This document shows, piece after piece, positions 9,923 to 18,565 of a stretch of DNA of 64,000 bases (position 1 is the first letter of the stretch; each line of letters begins with the position of its first letter). The stretch covers positions 1 to 64,000 of the forward strand of contig JBFJHJ010000004.1 in NCBI GenBank assembly GCA_041613315.1. Direction: 5' to 3'. The translations under genes and the position numbers were made by a program. The notes below the pieces were generated by a model, which was given only the letters and a program-made list of their open reading frames with translations, made no database searches and was not told where the DNA came from. The DNA is from Gemmatimonadales bacterium (GTDB lineage Bacteria; Gemmatimonadota; Gemmatimonadetes; Gemmatimonadales; GWC2-71-9).

Positions 9923-11755
9923 TCACCGCCGTTGCTGGGCGGCACGCTGATCCGCCGCTCCCTCCGATACCTGCAGGATCTGGTTGGCGAGCGGACGCAG
10001 CACGATCTGGCGTAATCCGCTGGGCCATCTGATCTCTAGCGTGTCCGCCGCCCGCACCGTGCCGAGACCGAAATGCTCCACCAGACTGTTGTGCGACAGG
10101 TAGGACGTCTGGGCGCCTATTTCGCGGATCTGGACCGTCCCGCCGGCAACGAGGCGCAGTCTCGCACCTACCGCCGAGCGGTTACTCTGCGTTCCCTCGA
10201 GCTTTACCATCAGCCAGCGACGGCGATTGCCACCGTCGTTCCGCAGCAGCACGCCCGGGCCGCCGTTGTTCACCACGAACACGTCGACGTCGCCGTCGTT
10301 GTCGTAGTCTCCGAACGCCGCGCCGCGCCCCACGTAGGCGCGCCCGAAAAACTCGCCGCTCACGGACGACACATCGTAGAATCCGTCGTCGGGCCCCCGA
10401 TTCCAGAACAGTTGGTCGGTCATCGGTACGAGCAGTCGCGGATCGTCCTGTTGCTGCAACGTGCTCCCGTTCACGACGAAGAGATCCAGGCGGCCATCGT
10501 TGTCGTAGTCGAAGAAGGATGTCCCCCATCCGACGTAGTCGAGGGCAATCTGCCCGAGCCCGTAACGGTCGGCCTCGTCCATGAACTGGAGCGGCGCGCG
10601 GGCGTACGAAGCGCGCGCTCCCAGCTGAGACCGGAGGTTGCTGTACAGGGCGTTTTCCTGCGCGATCCAGTGCGTGATGAAGATGTCCAGGTCCTCATCC
10701 CCATCCCAGTCGCCGACGGCGAGTCCCATCGCACCTCGGTAGTCCGCGACCCGAGCGGCGAGGCTGATGTCCCTGAAGGTCCCATCGCGCCGGTTCCAGT
10801 ACAGCACGTTGTCGGACACGTCGTTCGCGACGTAGAGATCGGGCCAGCCGTCGTCGTCGAAGTCGGCCCACACCGCGCCGAGGCTGCGCCCCATGTCGCC
10901 CGACACGCCCGCCCGTGCCGCCACCTCCGTGAACGTCCCGTTCCCGTTGTTGCGATACAGCAGATTCCGTTCCGGCTCGAACGACGACGGATTGATGCCG
11001 GCGGGCTGTTCGACATCGTACTGCAGCGTTTCTCGCTGGTCCGCCAGATGCCGATACTTGACGTAGCCCGTCACGTAGAGGTCGAGCAAGCCGTCGCGAT
11101 CGTAGTCTCCCCAGCACGCCCCCGCCCAAAACCCGGGGCGCCCGCCGACGCCCGCCGCGTTGGTCCTGTCGGTGAACGTGCCGTCTTTGTTGTTGTGATA
11201 CAGCACGCTTTCGCCGTAGGCCGACACGAAGAGATCGAGCCAGCCGTCGTTGTCGTAGTCGCCCCAGGCCACCCCCATCCCCCAACCCCGGAACTGCACG
11301 CCGGCCTCCGCACTGACCTCGCGAAAGGTGCCGTTGCCGGCGTTGCGGTATAACGCGGCATGGGCCGGAGACCGCGCCACGTCCTCCGCCCGGGCTACCG
11401 TCAGTGGCCCGACCTCGTTGACGACATAGAGGTCCAGCCAGCCGTCGTTATCGTAGTCACCCCACGCCGCGCCGGACCCCATGTCTTCGGGCAGCTGCGA
11501 CGACCGGTGCCCGGCGAAATGCTGGAACTCGATCCCGGCTTCTCGCGTCACATTGGCGAACGTGACCTGCGGGTGATCCGCGGGGAGCGGGCGGGCGAGA
11601 TCGGCTTTCAGCCCTGCCACGGCCTCACCGGGCCGGTACGTGGGTTCCGGCCTCGAGGAGAGCCAGACCACGCCCGCCGCTACGGCAACGAAGAGTGCAC
11701 CGAGGCCTGCGGTCAGGAGGAGGAGCCTTCGACGTCGTGGGATCGCGGCCGACAT
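9923..11755 (-). CDS. CRTAC1-family protein: FG-GAP (VCBS-like) beta-propeller + ASPIC/UnbV domain
   Basis: Seven or more GDYDNDG.LDL(Y/F)V repeats; C-terminal G..SNRSAVGAR...YLS.....HFGLG......IRWPSG; N-terminal TM. Confidence 0.92.
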   Translation of the reverse strand: MSAAIPRRRRLLLLTAGLGALFVAVAAGVVWLSSRPEPTYRPGEAVAGLKADLARPLPADHPQVTFANVTREAGIEFQHFAGHRSSQLPEDMGSGAAWGDYDNDGWLDLYVVNEVGPLTVARAEDVARSPAHAALYRNAGNGTFREVSAEAGVQFRGWGMGVAWGDYDNDGWLDLFVSAYGESVLYHNNKDGTFTDRTNAAGVGGRPGFWAGACWGDYDRDGLLDLYVTGYVKYRHLADQRETLQYDVEQPAGINPSSFEPERNLLYRNNGNGTFTEVAARAGVSGDMGRSLGAVWADFDDDGWPDLYVANDVSDNVLYWNRRDGTFRDISLAARVADYRGAMGLAVGDWDGDEDLDIFITHWIAQENALYSNLRSQLGARASYARAPLQFMDEADRYGLGQIALDYVGWGTSFFDYDNDGRLDLFVVNGSTLQQQDDPRLLVPMTDQLFWNRGPDDGFYDVSSVSGEFFGRAYVGRGAAFGDYDNDGDVDVFVVNNGGPGVLLRNDGGNRRRWLMVKLEGTQSNRSAVGARLRLVAGGTVQIREIGAQTSYLSHNSLVEHFGLGTVRAADTLEIRWPSGLRQIVLRPLANQILQVSEGAADQRAAQQRR

Positions 11756-11756
11756 G

Positions 11757-13856
11757 TTATCGCGATGCCCGCGGCCTCACGACGATGGTCTTGTCGTCCT
11801 CCGACATCACCGTGACCGGCGCGGTCAGGTTGGACCCCTCACCGAACAGGAAGTTCAGGAGGAATTGGTCCGCCTTGCGGTAGAGCAGCTTCGCCGAGAC
11901 ATGCAACGTGGCGGCCTGCTGACCGGGTGCCTGGAACGCGACGTCGGTGTCGAGGGGCGGTGGAGCCTCGCCGTCCCGGCCTTGGGCAGGGAGGGTCGTG
12001 GCCGGGCACGAGAAGCCGAAGACCGCCCGGTCGGACGCTCCGGGGAACATGGAGCGGCGGTATCGCACACCGACCATTTCCCAGAGATTGTGCCGGTCGA
12101 TCAGATTGCCGAACTGATCCACGGGTTCCGCCTTGAAGATGAAGGAGCCCGGTTCGATGAAGTGTCTCGCATCTCTCCGCCCCGACTGGAAGACGATGTT
12201 GCCGGCCTGGTCCGTCACCACGATCTCCACCCACGCCTGAATGATGTCGAGCGGACCCGTGGGGAAGTCGTGCCCGACCTTGTTGTTGGTCACGACCGCC
12301 TGAATCGTTACGTGTTCTCCGGGATTGACCGAGTCCGGGACGACCAGCTCCAGCGGCACGGCGGGGCCCGGGCGCCACTTGTCGGCGATCTCGGGGATGT
12401 CGATCTCCCCTCGCAGCCATTGCTCCGTCAGCTTCGCATGCTCCTCAGCCCCTTCGAGCTTCAGTGCCAGCGGCATGAACTGATTGGCCGCCAGAAACCG
12501 ATGGCTCCGGTGCTTGCCGTCCCTTGCCGAACGGTTGTAGTCCAGCACGTCCCCGCTGGACGGATCGTCCGATTCCGTCAACGGCATGTGACATTCGCGG
12601 CACTCGATCGTCTTGCGCGGGTCGCCCGGCTCGTTCCATCTGCTCTTCCGCCAGTTGTCGTACTGGTTCTGGAGCTGCACCCATCCGACCTGGTTGATCT
12701 CCTCGTCGATGAACTGCTTGTGGCACGCGGCGCAGAACTCCGGGCTCTTGAACAACCGATGCTGCAGGCTTTCCACGTGATGCCGCGGATAGGCCCGGAG
12801 GAGCACGTCCCTGAAGAACCGGGCCGTCTTTCCGTCGTCGAGCTCGAACATGTACCGTTTCGGTTGCGCGATGACGTAGTTCGCGTTCCCCTTGACGTCG
12901 GCTTCCTCGATGGCATGGCACACGATGCAGGACACGCCTTCCTGATACCCGGCGAGGTTCGTCAGATCTTCGGTGAAGACGTTCTTGGTTCCGGAGAACA
13001 GCGAGATGGGATCGTGACACCCCCCGCAATAGCGGGTCGACTCGGCGCCATTCTGTTTGGCCATCACCTCCTGCACGGACTGGAATGCCGCGTCCATCGC
13101 CGCGTACCGGTGGGCACTGACCTGCCACTCCTGGACGATCTGCTCGTGGCATCGTGCGGTTCCGCAGGATTCCGATCCGCTCATGGATCGCGCATCGAAC
13201 GCCATGCCCGTGTTGGTGTGGGCGAGGCTTGGCGCGAACGGCCGGTCCGGACCGTACAGATAGCTGTACTCGGCCGGGAACTCGTTCATCATCGTGGGCG
13301 CCTCATACCAGTACGCGCCCAGTGCAACGGCCACGAAGAGCGCCGCCGTGACGAGAAGCGCACCCACACCAGAACGCTTTGCGGCTTCGAACACCGGTTC
13401 GGTGCCGGCCATGCGACGCGCCCGGGCCGCACGAACGACGAGCACGAGCAGATGGGGAACGACGGACACGATCACGGCAAACGTGGCGACGATATGGATC
13501 AGGTCCCACGCATAGCTGATACGCGTAGCCCACAGTGCCTGAATCGTCAGCACGACGCCCGAGACAATGGCGACGACCGTCGCCACCATCGCGAAGTAGC
13601 CGGTGAGCTTGACATGGGACATGCGGAGCGGCCGATAGAGCAGCCAGTGGCGGACTTGATACCATGCGAAGGGCACGAGGAACACCAGGCCCACCGCGGT
13701 GTGCAGCAGCACCATGACCTGGTTGGGGACCGAGAACGGGAGCAAGAAGATGGAGAGCCCCGTGAGTGTCTCGAACAGCAGCAGGCCCGATACGCACATG
13801 AGGAGCTTGTGCTGCCACTCCTCGGTTCTCGGGCGATGTCCACGAGGCAATGTCAT
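11757..13856 (-). CDS. Multiheme cytochrome c (c554-like) with N-terminal polytopic membrane domain
   Basis: ATG 13856 after GGGAG. About 5 TM helices, then CGTARCH (CX4CH), CGGCH, CIVCH, CAACH, CRECH; C-terminal GHDFPTG Ig-like domain. Confidence 0.9.
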   Translation of the reverse strand: MTLPRGHRPRTEEWQHKLLMCVSGLLLFETLTGLSIFLLPFSVPNQVMVLLHTAVGLVFLVPFAWYQVRHWLLYRPLRMSHVKLTGYFAMVATVVAIVSGVVLTIQALWATRISYAWDLIHIVATFAVIVSVVPHLLVLVVRAARARRMAGTEPVFEAAKRSGVGALLVTAALFVAVALGAYWYEAPTMMNEFPAEYSYLYGPDRPFAPSLAHTNTGMAFDARSMSGSESCGTARCHEQIVQEWQVSAHRYAAMDAAFQSVQEVMAKQNGAESTRYCGGCHDPISLFSGTKNVFTEDLTNLAGYQEGVSCIVCHAIEEADVKGNANYVIAQPKRYMFELDDGKTARFFRDVLLRAYPRHHVESLQHRLFKSPEFCAACHKQFIDEEINQVGWVQLQNQYDNWRKSRWNEPGDPRKTIECRECHMPLTESDDPSSGDVLDYNRSARDGKHRSHRFLAANQFMPLALKLEGAEEHAKLTEQWLRGEIDIPEIADKWRPGPAVPLELVVPDSVNPGEHVTIQAVVTNNKVGHDFPTGPLDIIQAWVEIVVTDQAGNIVFQSGRRDARHFIEPGSFIFKAEPVDQFGNLIDRHNLWEMVGVRYRRSMFPGASDRAVFGFSCPATTLPAQGRDGEAPPPLDTDVAFQAPGQQAATLHVSAKLLYRKADQFLLNFLFGEGSNLTAPVTVMSEDDKTIVVRPRASR

Positions 13857-14171
13857 AGTCACTCCCTGGGAGACCCGACTCGCCTGGCGAGCGGGGGACC
13901 AACAACGTGCGGATGTCTCAGTCTCACTGCTCCACGGCACGCACCCACGCCTTGCCGGCGGAAGGGCCCGTCGTCACCACAGGACGCAGCGCCGGAAGGG
14001 ACCTGCCGGCTATACCGACAACACGTGCGCTAGAACGAGAGGGCCCGAATGCCTGGTGCACCCGGCGGTCCGGCCGTTGCGCCTCAGGGAGAGCGCCGTA
14101 GCAGATCTTCATGTGCCGGCGACCATGAAGTTGTCGTGAAAAATCACTTAGCCGATGAAGGGGAAGGAGGG

Positions 14172-14630
14172 TCACCCCCGCGCGGCCGGCTTGCGCTGCC
14201 ACTCCAGTCGGGGCAGCACCTCGGCCTGCTTCTCACACATCAGATCGATCAGGTCCACCGCCGCGCGATAGGACACCGTGGTGGGATCCAGCAGCAACGC
14301 CTGCAACAACGCGTCCCGCGACCCGTGCTCGAACGCCTCCACCAGCAACCGGTGGATACTGATCTGGGGGCGCAGGAGGGGCGGCCGCCAGTTCGGGCAG
14401 CGGCTGCATCTGTCTCGCGTGCGGACGAGGGCGGCGGTGGCGAGCGGTGCGTCGGTCACGAACCAGGTGGCGGCGATGGACGTCCCCGCCAACCACCACG
14501 GGAGCGAGCGCCCGGCCACGAAGTACTCTTCGACGCTCTGTCCCGCGCGGCGCGTGAACCAGAAGCCGAGGACGAGCGTGACGACGCCGTAGACGGCAAC
14601 GACCGCCCAATCGATGGAGGTGAGTTGCAT
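14172..14630 (-). pseudogene. Chimeric remnant: sodium:solute symporter N-terminus joined to a family-4 glycoside hydrolase C-terminus
   Basis: First ~72 aa are typical SSS (IDW..V..Y...YFVAGRSLPWWLAGTSIAATWF..D.PL). The tail (LLVEA....RDALLQALLLDP) is GH4-like, and its upstream part QMQPLPELAAA lies in another frame. Confidence 0.75.
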
Positions 14631-14900
14631 GCGTCAGTTGCGCCGAGCGGGCTCGTGAAGGAGAAAGGGCGACGTCCCGGCTCCCGGAGGTCTCGCGGAC
14701 CCCCGGCGGCACGGCCGCTCGCCGTCAGAATGTGGTCACAATGTGAAGGAGAGTCGATCCGAGCGCACGCCCGGCTCGAGCAGGATGGTCTCGGCGCCCG
14801 GCGCACCGTCTCGGTCTCCGGCCACTGGCGGCTCGGGCACCGCCTTCGGAGGCCTCACAGTGGAGTAACCGCCGAATCGGGATTAGTTTGCCCGGCGCAG

Positions 14901-14932
14901 GGGCCGGTGGCCGAGCGGCTGAAGGCACACGC
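14901..14932 (+). repeat. 5' fragment of tRNA-Ser(GGA) (att-like duplicate)
   Basis: 14906..14932 is identical over 27 nt to 15965..15991; preceded by GGGCC versus GGACA in the tRNA. Confidence 0.85.
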
Positions 14933-15157
14933 GCGAGCAGTCACGGTTCCGCGCCCCGGAAGGCACCCTCGGTCACCTCTGACCGACGCCTCTGCCGAGC
15001 CCGCGTCAGTCGGATCGCGTGCCAAGGCCCTGCTGGCCATCCCTGAGTTTGGCTCTCATGCTTACTCGACGGCGCCGGACTTGACGAGACCGTCCCCGTC
15101 AGCCAAATCCAACGCGCGAGATGTTGCTTACCGGGGAACTGCTGACCGGAGGATATT

Positions 15158-15601
15158 ATGTATCGGGCTACCGTACTGTGCTGCGCGGCGGTGCTCGTGG
15201 CGTGCGCCCCGTCCGGCGAACGGGCCGGGACGGAAGCGGCCATGATCTCGTTGGCGGACGTGGCGGGCGTGTGGACGGTGCAGGCGTTTCCGGCAACGGG
15301 CGATACGGCGCTCGCCACCTACGAGATGGTCGCAACGAACAGCACCGAAGGGTGGACGGTCACCTTTCCTGGCCGGGACCCCCTTCCGGCCCGGGTCGCC
15401 GCCGTCGAAGGTGACAGCATCGTCGTCGACGTCGGGCCCTACGAGAGCGTGTTGCGGGCCGGGGTCATGGTCTCGACCCGGAGCGTTGCTCGGCTGCAGG
15501 ATGGCAATCTGAGGGGCACCTTCGCGGCGCGATACCAGACCACCCAGCCGGACTCGGTCATCCGGGGCAGACTGCAAGGTACCCGCAAGCAGCAACCGTG
15601 A
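15158..15601 (+). CDS. Small hypothetical lipoprotein
   Basis: GGAGG RBS, lipobox LVAC, beta-strand-rich body with G.W motif (lipocalin-like). Confidence 0.7.
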   Translation: MYRATVLCCAAVLVACAPSGERAGTEAAMISLADVAGVWTVQAFPATGDTALATYEMVATNSTEGWTVTFPGRDPLPARVAAVEGDSIVVDVGPYESVLRAGVMVSTRSVARLQDGNLRGTFAARYQTTQPDSVIRGRLQGTRKQQP

Positions 15602-15912
15602 CCCGGGGGCGGTAGGCCCGAGCTCGCGCCGCTTGGAAGCACGCGTGGAGCGGCCGAGGGAGCGCTCCGAGGCGGGATCACGAAACTGGTAAGACGGCCG
15701 GTCGCGCTCGCAGAGCATGCGCGCGCGGAGACAGCGGGTTTCGACGACGTCGCGCCGGGCGACCTCGTGGGGACGTGGGACGCCACGCCATGAAACCGGA
15801 ATACCGGTTTGCGGGACGCTCCGTTTGCACACGCCGTCCGGCGGCGCCTCACGGTGGCAGCCGACCGAACCTTTCTCTGTGTGAATCGACACCACTGAGA
15901 CCCCCGAGGGCG

Positions 15913-15941
15913 TTGACCTCCCTCCGCAACCGCCGTTAATT
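15913..15941 (+). promoter_or_regulatory. Sigma70-like promoter of tRNA-Ser
   Basis: TTGACC-N17-TTAATT, 18 nt upstream of the tRNA. Confidence 0.55.
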
Positions 15942-15959
15942 CACGCAGTTACAAAACCA

Positions 15960-16046
15960 GGACAGGTGGCCGAGCGGCTGAAGGCACACGCCTGGAGAGC
16001 GTGTGAACGGGTAACCGTTCCGTGGGTTCGAATCCCACCCTGTCCG
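15960..16046 (+). tRNA. tRNA-Ser (GGA)
   Basis: GGACAGG/CCTGTCC acceptor stem, D-arm, CT-GGA-GA loop, long variable arm GAACGG-GTAA-CCGTTC, GGTTCGAATCC T-arm; CCA not encoded. Confidence 0.97.
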
Positions 16047-16146
16047 TACCTCCCCTTGAACGGGGCCGGGATCCGCCACCGGGACCGGCCCCGTCGGCGG
16101 CCCCACCCGGGTCCGCAACCCACCTTGGCACAATCTTCATGAAACC

Positions 16147-16182
16147 TTGAACCGGCATCGGAAAATTTGAACCTGCATTCAA
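16147..16182. promoter_or_regulatory. Putative TetR operator(s)
   Basis: TTGAA-CCTGCA-TTCAA inverted repeat (16167..16182) and a second TTGAACCGGCAT copy 20 bp upstream, just before the TetR start. Confidence 0.55.
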
Positions 16183-16200
16183 TTCTCCGAGGCCCACGCC

Positions 16201-16818
16201 GTGGCCCGCTCCAGAACCCCTGCCCTCCCGTCGCCGCGCGTGAGCGAGAAGCGGCGGCGTCGGCGTCGCGACATCCTGACGGCCGCGCTGCGCGCGGTCC
16301 GCGAGAAGGGGTATCACGCCACCACGCTGGATGACATCGCCCGCCGGCTGGGCGTCCAGAAGACCGCGCTGTACCACTACTTCCCCGACAAAGAAGCGAT
16401 CCTCTACGCGTGCCACCGGGAGTCCCTCGCCGAAGTGGACCGGCTGCTCCGGGACGCCCGCGCGCACCACCGCTCGCCCGACCGGCAGCTCCGCTTCCTC
16501 ATCCGCGAACACGTGCGCGTCATGACCGATACGCTCGAGGGCTCGCCCCTCGCGTTCGAGGTGCCGGCCCTCTCGCGCGAGCGCCAAACGGAGATCGTGG
16601 CCGCGCGGGATCGCTACGAGCGCGGCCTGCGAGCGATCATCGCCGCCGGCATCGCGGCGGGGGAGTTCCGGCCGGTGGATCCCAAGATCGCCGCCTTCGC
16701 CATGCTCGGCGCGATCAACTGGATCGCCCGCTGGTACCGGCCCGAGGGCACCCTGCACGCCGAGGAGCTGGGGACACACTTCGCCGACCACCTGGTGGGG
16801 GGACTGACATGGCGGTAG
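16201..16818 (+). CDS. TetR/AcrR-family transcriptional regulator
   Basis: GY.ATTLDDIA..LGV.K.ALYHYFPDKE HTH; C-terminal GAINWIARWYRPEG. Confidence 0.93.
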   Translation: MARSRTPALPSPRVSEKRRRRRRDILTAALRAVREKGYHATTLDDIARRLGVQKTALYHYFPDKEAILYACHRESLAEVDRLLRDARAHHRSPDRQLRFLIREHVRVMTDTLEGSPLAFEVPALSRERQTEIVAARDRYERGLRAIIAAGIAAGEFRPVDPKIAAFAMLGAINWIARWYRPEGTLHAEELGTHFADHLVGGLTWR

Positions 16819-17873
16819 CCGAGATGACGCGACATTTCGCGACGCGTCCCGCTGACAGCTTCGGCTTCAGCGAGATCCTGTACACCAAGGGCGATCAGAT
16901 CGCGCGCATCACGATCAACCGCCCGCAGAACTACAACGCCTACTCGACGCGTACCCTCGAGGAGATGGCCGCCGCGTTCCGGGATGCGAGCTTCGACGAC
17001 GGCGTCGGCGTGATCGTCCTGACCGGCGCCGGGGACCGCTCGTTCTGCACCGGCGGCGACGTCAAGGAGTACGCCGACGCCTACGTGCGAACCCCTCGGG
17101 ACTACTGGAAGTACATGGCGCTGTTCCGGGCGTTCATCGAGAGCATCCTCAACACCGGCAAACCGGTGGTGGCGCGGCTCAACGGCATGGCCGTGGGCGG
17201 CGGGAACGAAACCCAGCTCGCGTGCGACCTCAGCGTGATGGCCCAGCACGCCTACATCAAACAGGTGGGGACGCACGTCGGCTCGGTCGCGTGCGGCGGG
17301 TCCACGCAGTGGCTCCCCCTCGTGGTGGGCGACAAGCGCGCACGCGAGATCCTGTTCTTGAACGAGCCGGTGCCCGCCGAACGGGCGCAGGACTGGGGGC
17401 TCGTGAACTGGGTGGTTCCGTCCGTCCGCCGGGGCGACGACTGGGTCGAGACGGCACGGCCCGACGAGATCAAGCAGGCCCAACGCAGCCAGAACAATTA
17501 CCGCATCGACTTGACCCGGCTCGACGAGTCCGTGAACGACCTCGCCCGCCGGCTGCTGGCCTCGTTCCCGGAGTGTGCGCGCTACACCAAGCAGCAGCTC
17601 AACTTCTGGAAAGACCTGGCCTGGCACTCGACGGTGCGACACGCGCAGGACTGGCTCTCGCTCCACTACGCCTGCTGGGAGCCGCACGAAGGCATGCAGG
17701 CCTTCGTGGAGAAGCGGCCGCCGCGCTACGCGCTGCTGCGAGACCGCGCCGCCAGCGGCGGCTCGTCGGAGACGCGCTGGGGCGCACCTGTGCGGCCATG
17801 CGCGGCCTGCGGCGCGGATAGCCTGCCGGCCGACCACAGCTACTGCGGCGCATGCGGCGCACCGCTCTCGTAA
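16809..17873 (+). CDS. oah: 6-oxocyclohex-1-ene-1-carbonyl-CoA hydrolase with C-terminal zinc ribbon
   Basis: Crotonase fold with FCTGG.VKEYA..Y......YM.LF and IDL..LD..V..L...LL..FPEC segments as in Oah/BamA; pathway context. Confidence 0.8.
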   Translation: MAVAEMTRHFATRPADSFGFSEILYTKGDQIARITINRPQNYNAYSTRTLEEMAAAFRDASFDDGVGVIVLTGAGDRSFCTGGDVKEYADAYVRTPRDYWKYMALFRAFIESILNTGKPVVARLNGMAVGGGNETQLACDLSVMAQHAYIKQVGTHVGSVACGGSTQWLPLVVGDKRAREILFLNEPVPAERAQDWGLVNWVVPSVRRGDDWVETARPDEIKQAQRSQNNYRIDLTRLDESVNDLARRLLASFPECARYTKQQLNFWKDLAWHSTVRHAQDWLSLHYACWEPHEGMQAFVEKRPPRYALLRDRAASGGSSETRWGAPVRPCAACGADSLPADHSYCGACGAPLS

Positions 17874-18565
17874 CCGGCGCGGGCCGCGGCATCGGTCGCG
17901 CGATCGTCGCGGCCCTGAGCCACGACGCCGACGTGGCGGCGCTCGACGTGGCCTTTCCCGATCCCCCGGGGCCGGAAGCGCTGCGCATCGAGGGCGACGT
18001 CACCCGACCGGTCGAGGTGGACGGCGCCGTCCGCCGCACGCTCGCCGAGCTGGGCGAGCTCGACTGGGTCGTGTGCGCGGCGGGCATCACTCGCGACCGG
18101 GTGAGCTGGAAGATGACCGACGACGACTGGCGCGCCGTGGTCGAGACGAATCTCTCGGGCGCATTCTACACGGCGCGGGCCGCGGCGCCGGCGCTTCGGG
18201 CGTCCTCGGGCGGACGGCTCGTGTTCGTGGGCTCCATCAACGGCGCCCGCGGCAAGTTCGGACAGACGAACTACGCCGCCTCCAAGGCGGGCCTGGTCGG
18301 CCTGGCGCGCTCGTTGGCACTGGAGCTGGCCCGCGACCACGTCACGGTGAACGTGGTGATGCCGGGCTTCATCGACACCGCGATGACACGCCGGCTGCCG
18401 CAAGAACACCGGGAACGCGCCGTGCGCCGCACCCCGCTCGGGCGCCCCGGATGCCCCGAGGAGGTCGCCGCGCTGGTCCGGTTTCTCTGCGCCGAGCCGG
18501 CCGGGTTCATCACGGGGGCCGTGATCCCGGTGGACGGCGGCCAGCTCTTGGGGGAGGTGGCGTGA
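17852..18565 (+). CDS. SDR-family 3-hydroxyacyl-/3-oxoacyl-CoA oxidoreductase
   Basis: TGAGRGIG, NYAASKAG, VDGG. Confidence 0.88.
   Translation: MRRTALVTGAGRGIGRAIVAALSHDADVAALDVAFPDPPGPEALRIEGDVTRPVEVDGAVRRTLAELGELDWVVCAAGITRDRVSWKMTDDDWRAVVETNLSGAFYTARAAAPALRASSGGRLVFVGSINGARGKFGQTNYAASKAGLVGLARSLALELARDHVTVNVVMPGFIDTAMTRRLPQEHRERAVRRTPLGRPGCPEEVAALVRFLCAEPAGFITGAVIPVDGGQLLGEVA

Noticed and set aside
13924..14202. Short ORFs between the cytochrome and the SSS/GH4 remnant
   Set aside because: No supportable family assignment; probably island debris.
15960..16046. tRNA-Sec, given the long variable arm and selB
   Set aside because: Anticodon is GGA and the acceptor stem is 7 bp, so this is an ordinary tRNA-Ser.
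16126..16142. Sigma54 promoter before TetR (TGGCAC), and similarly at 27123
   Set aside because: Neither has GC at the -12 position.
16167..16182. FNR box for anaerobic induction
   Set aside because: TTGAA-N6-TTCAA does not fit TTGAT-N4-ATCAA.
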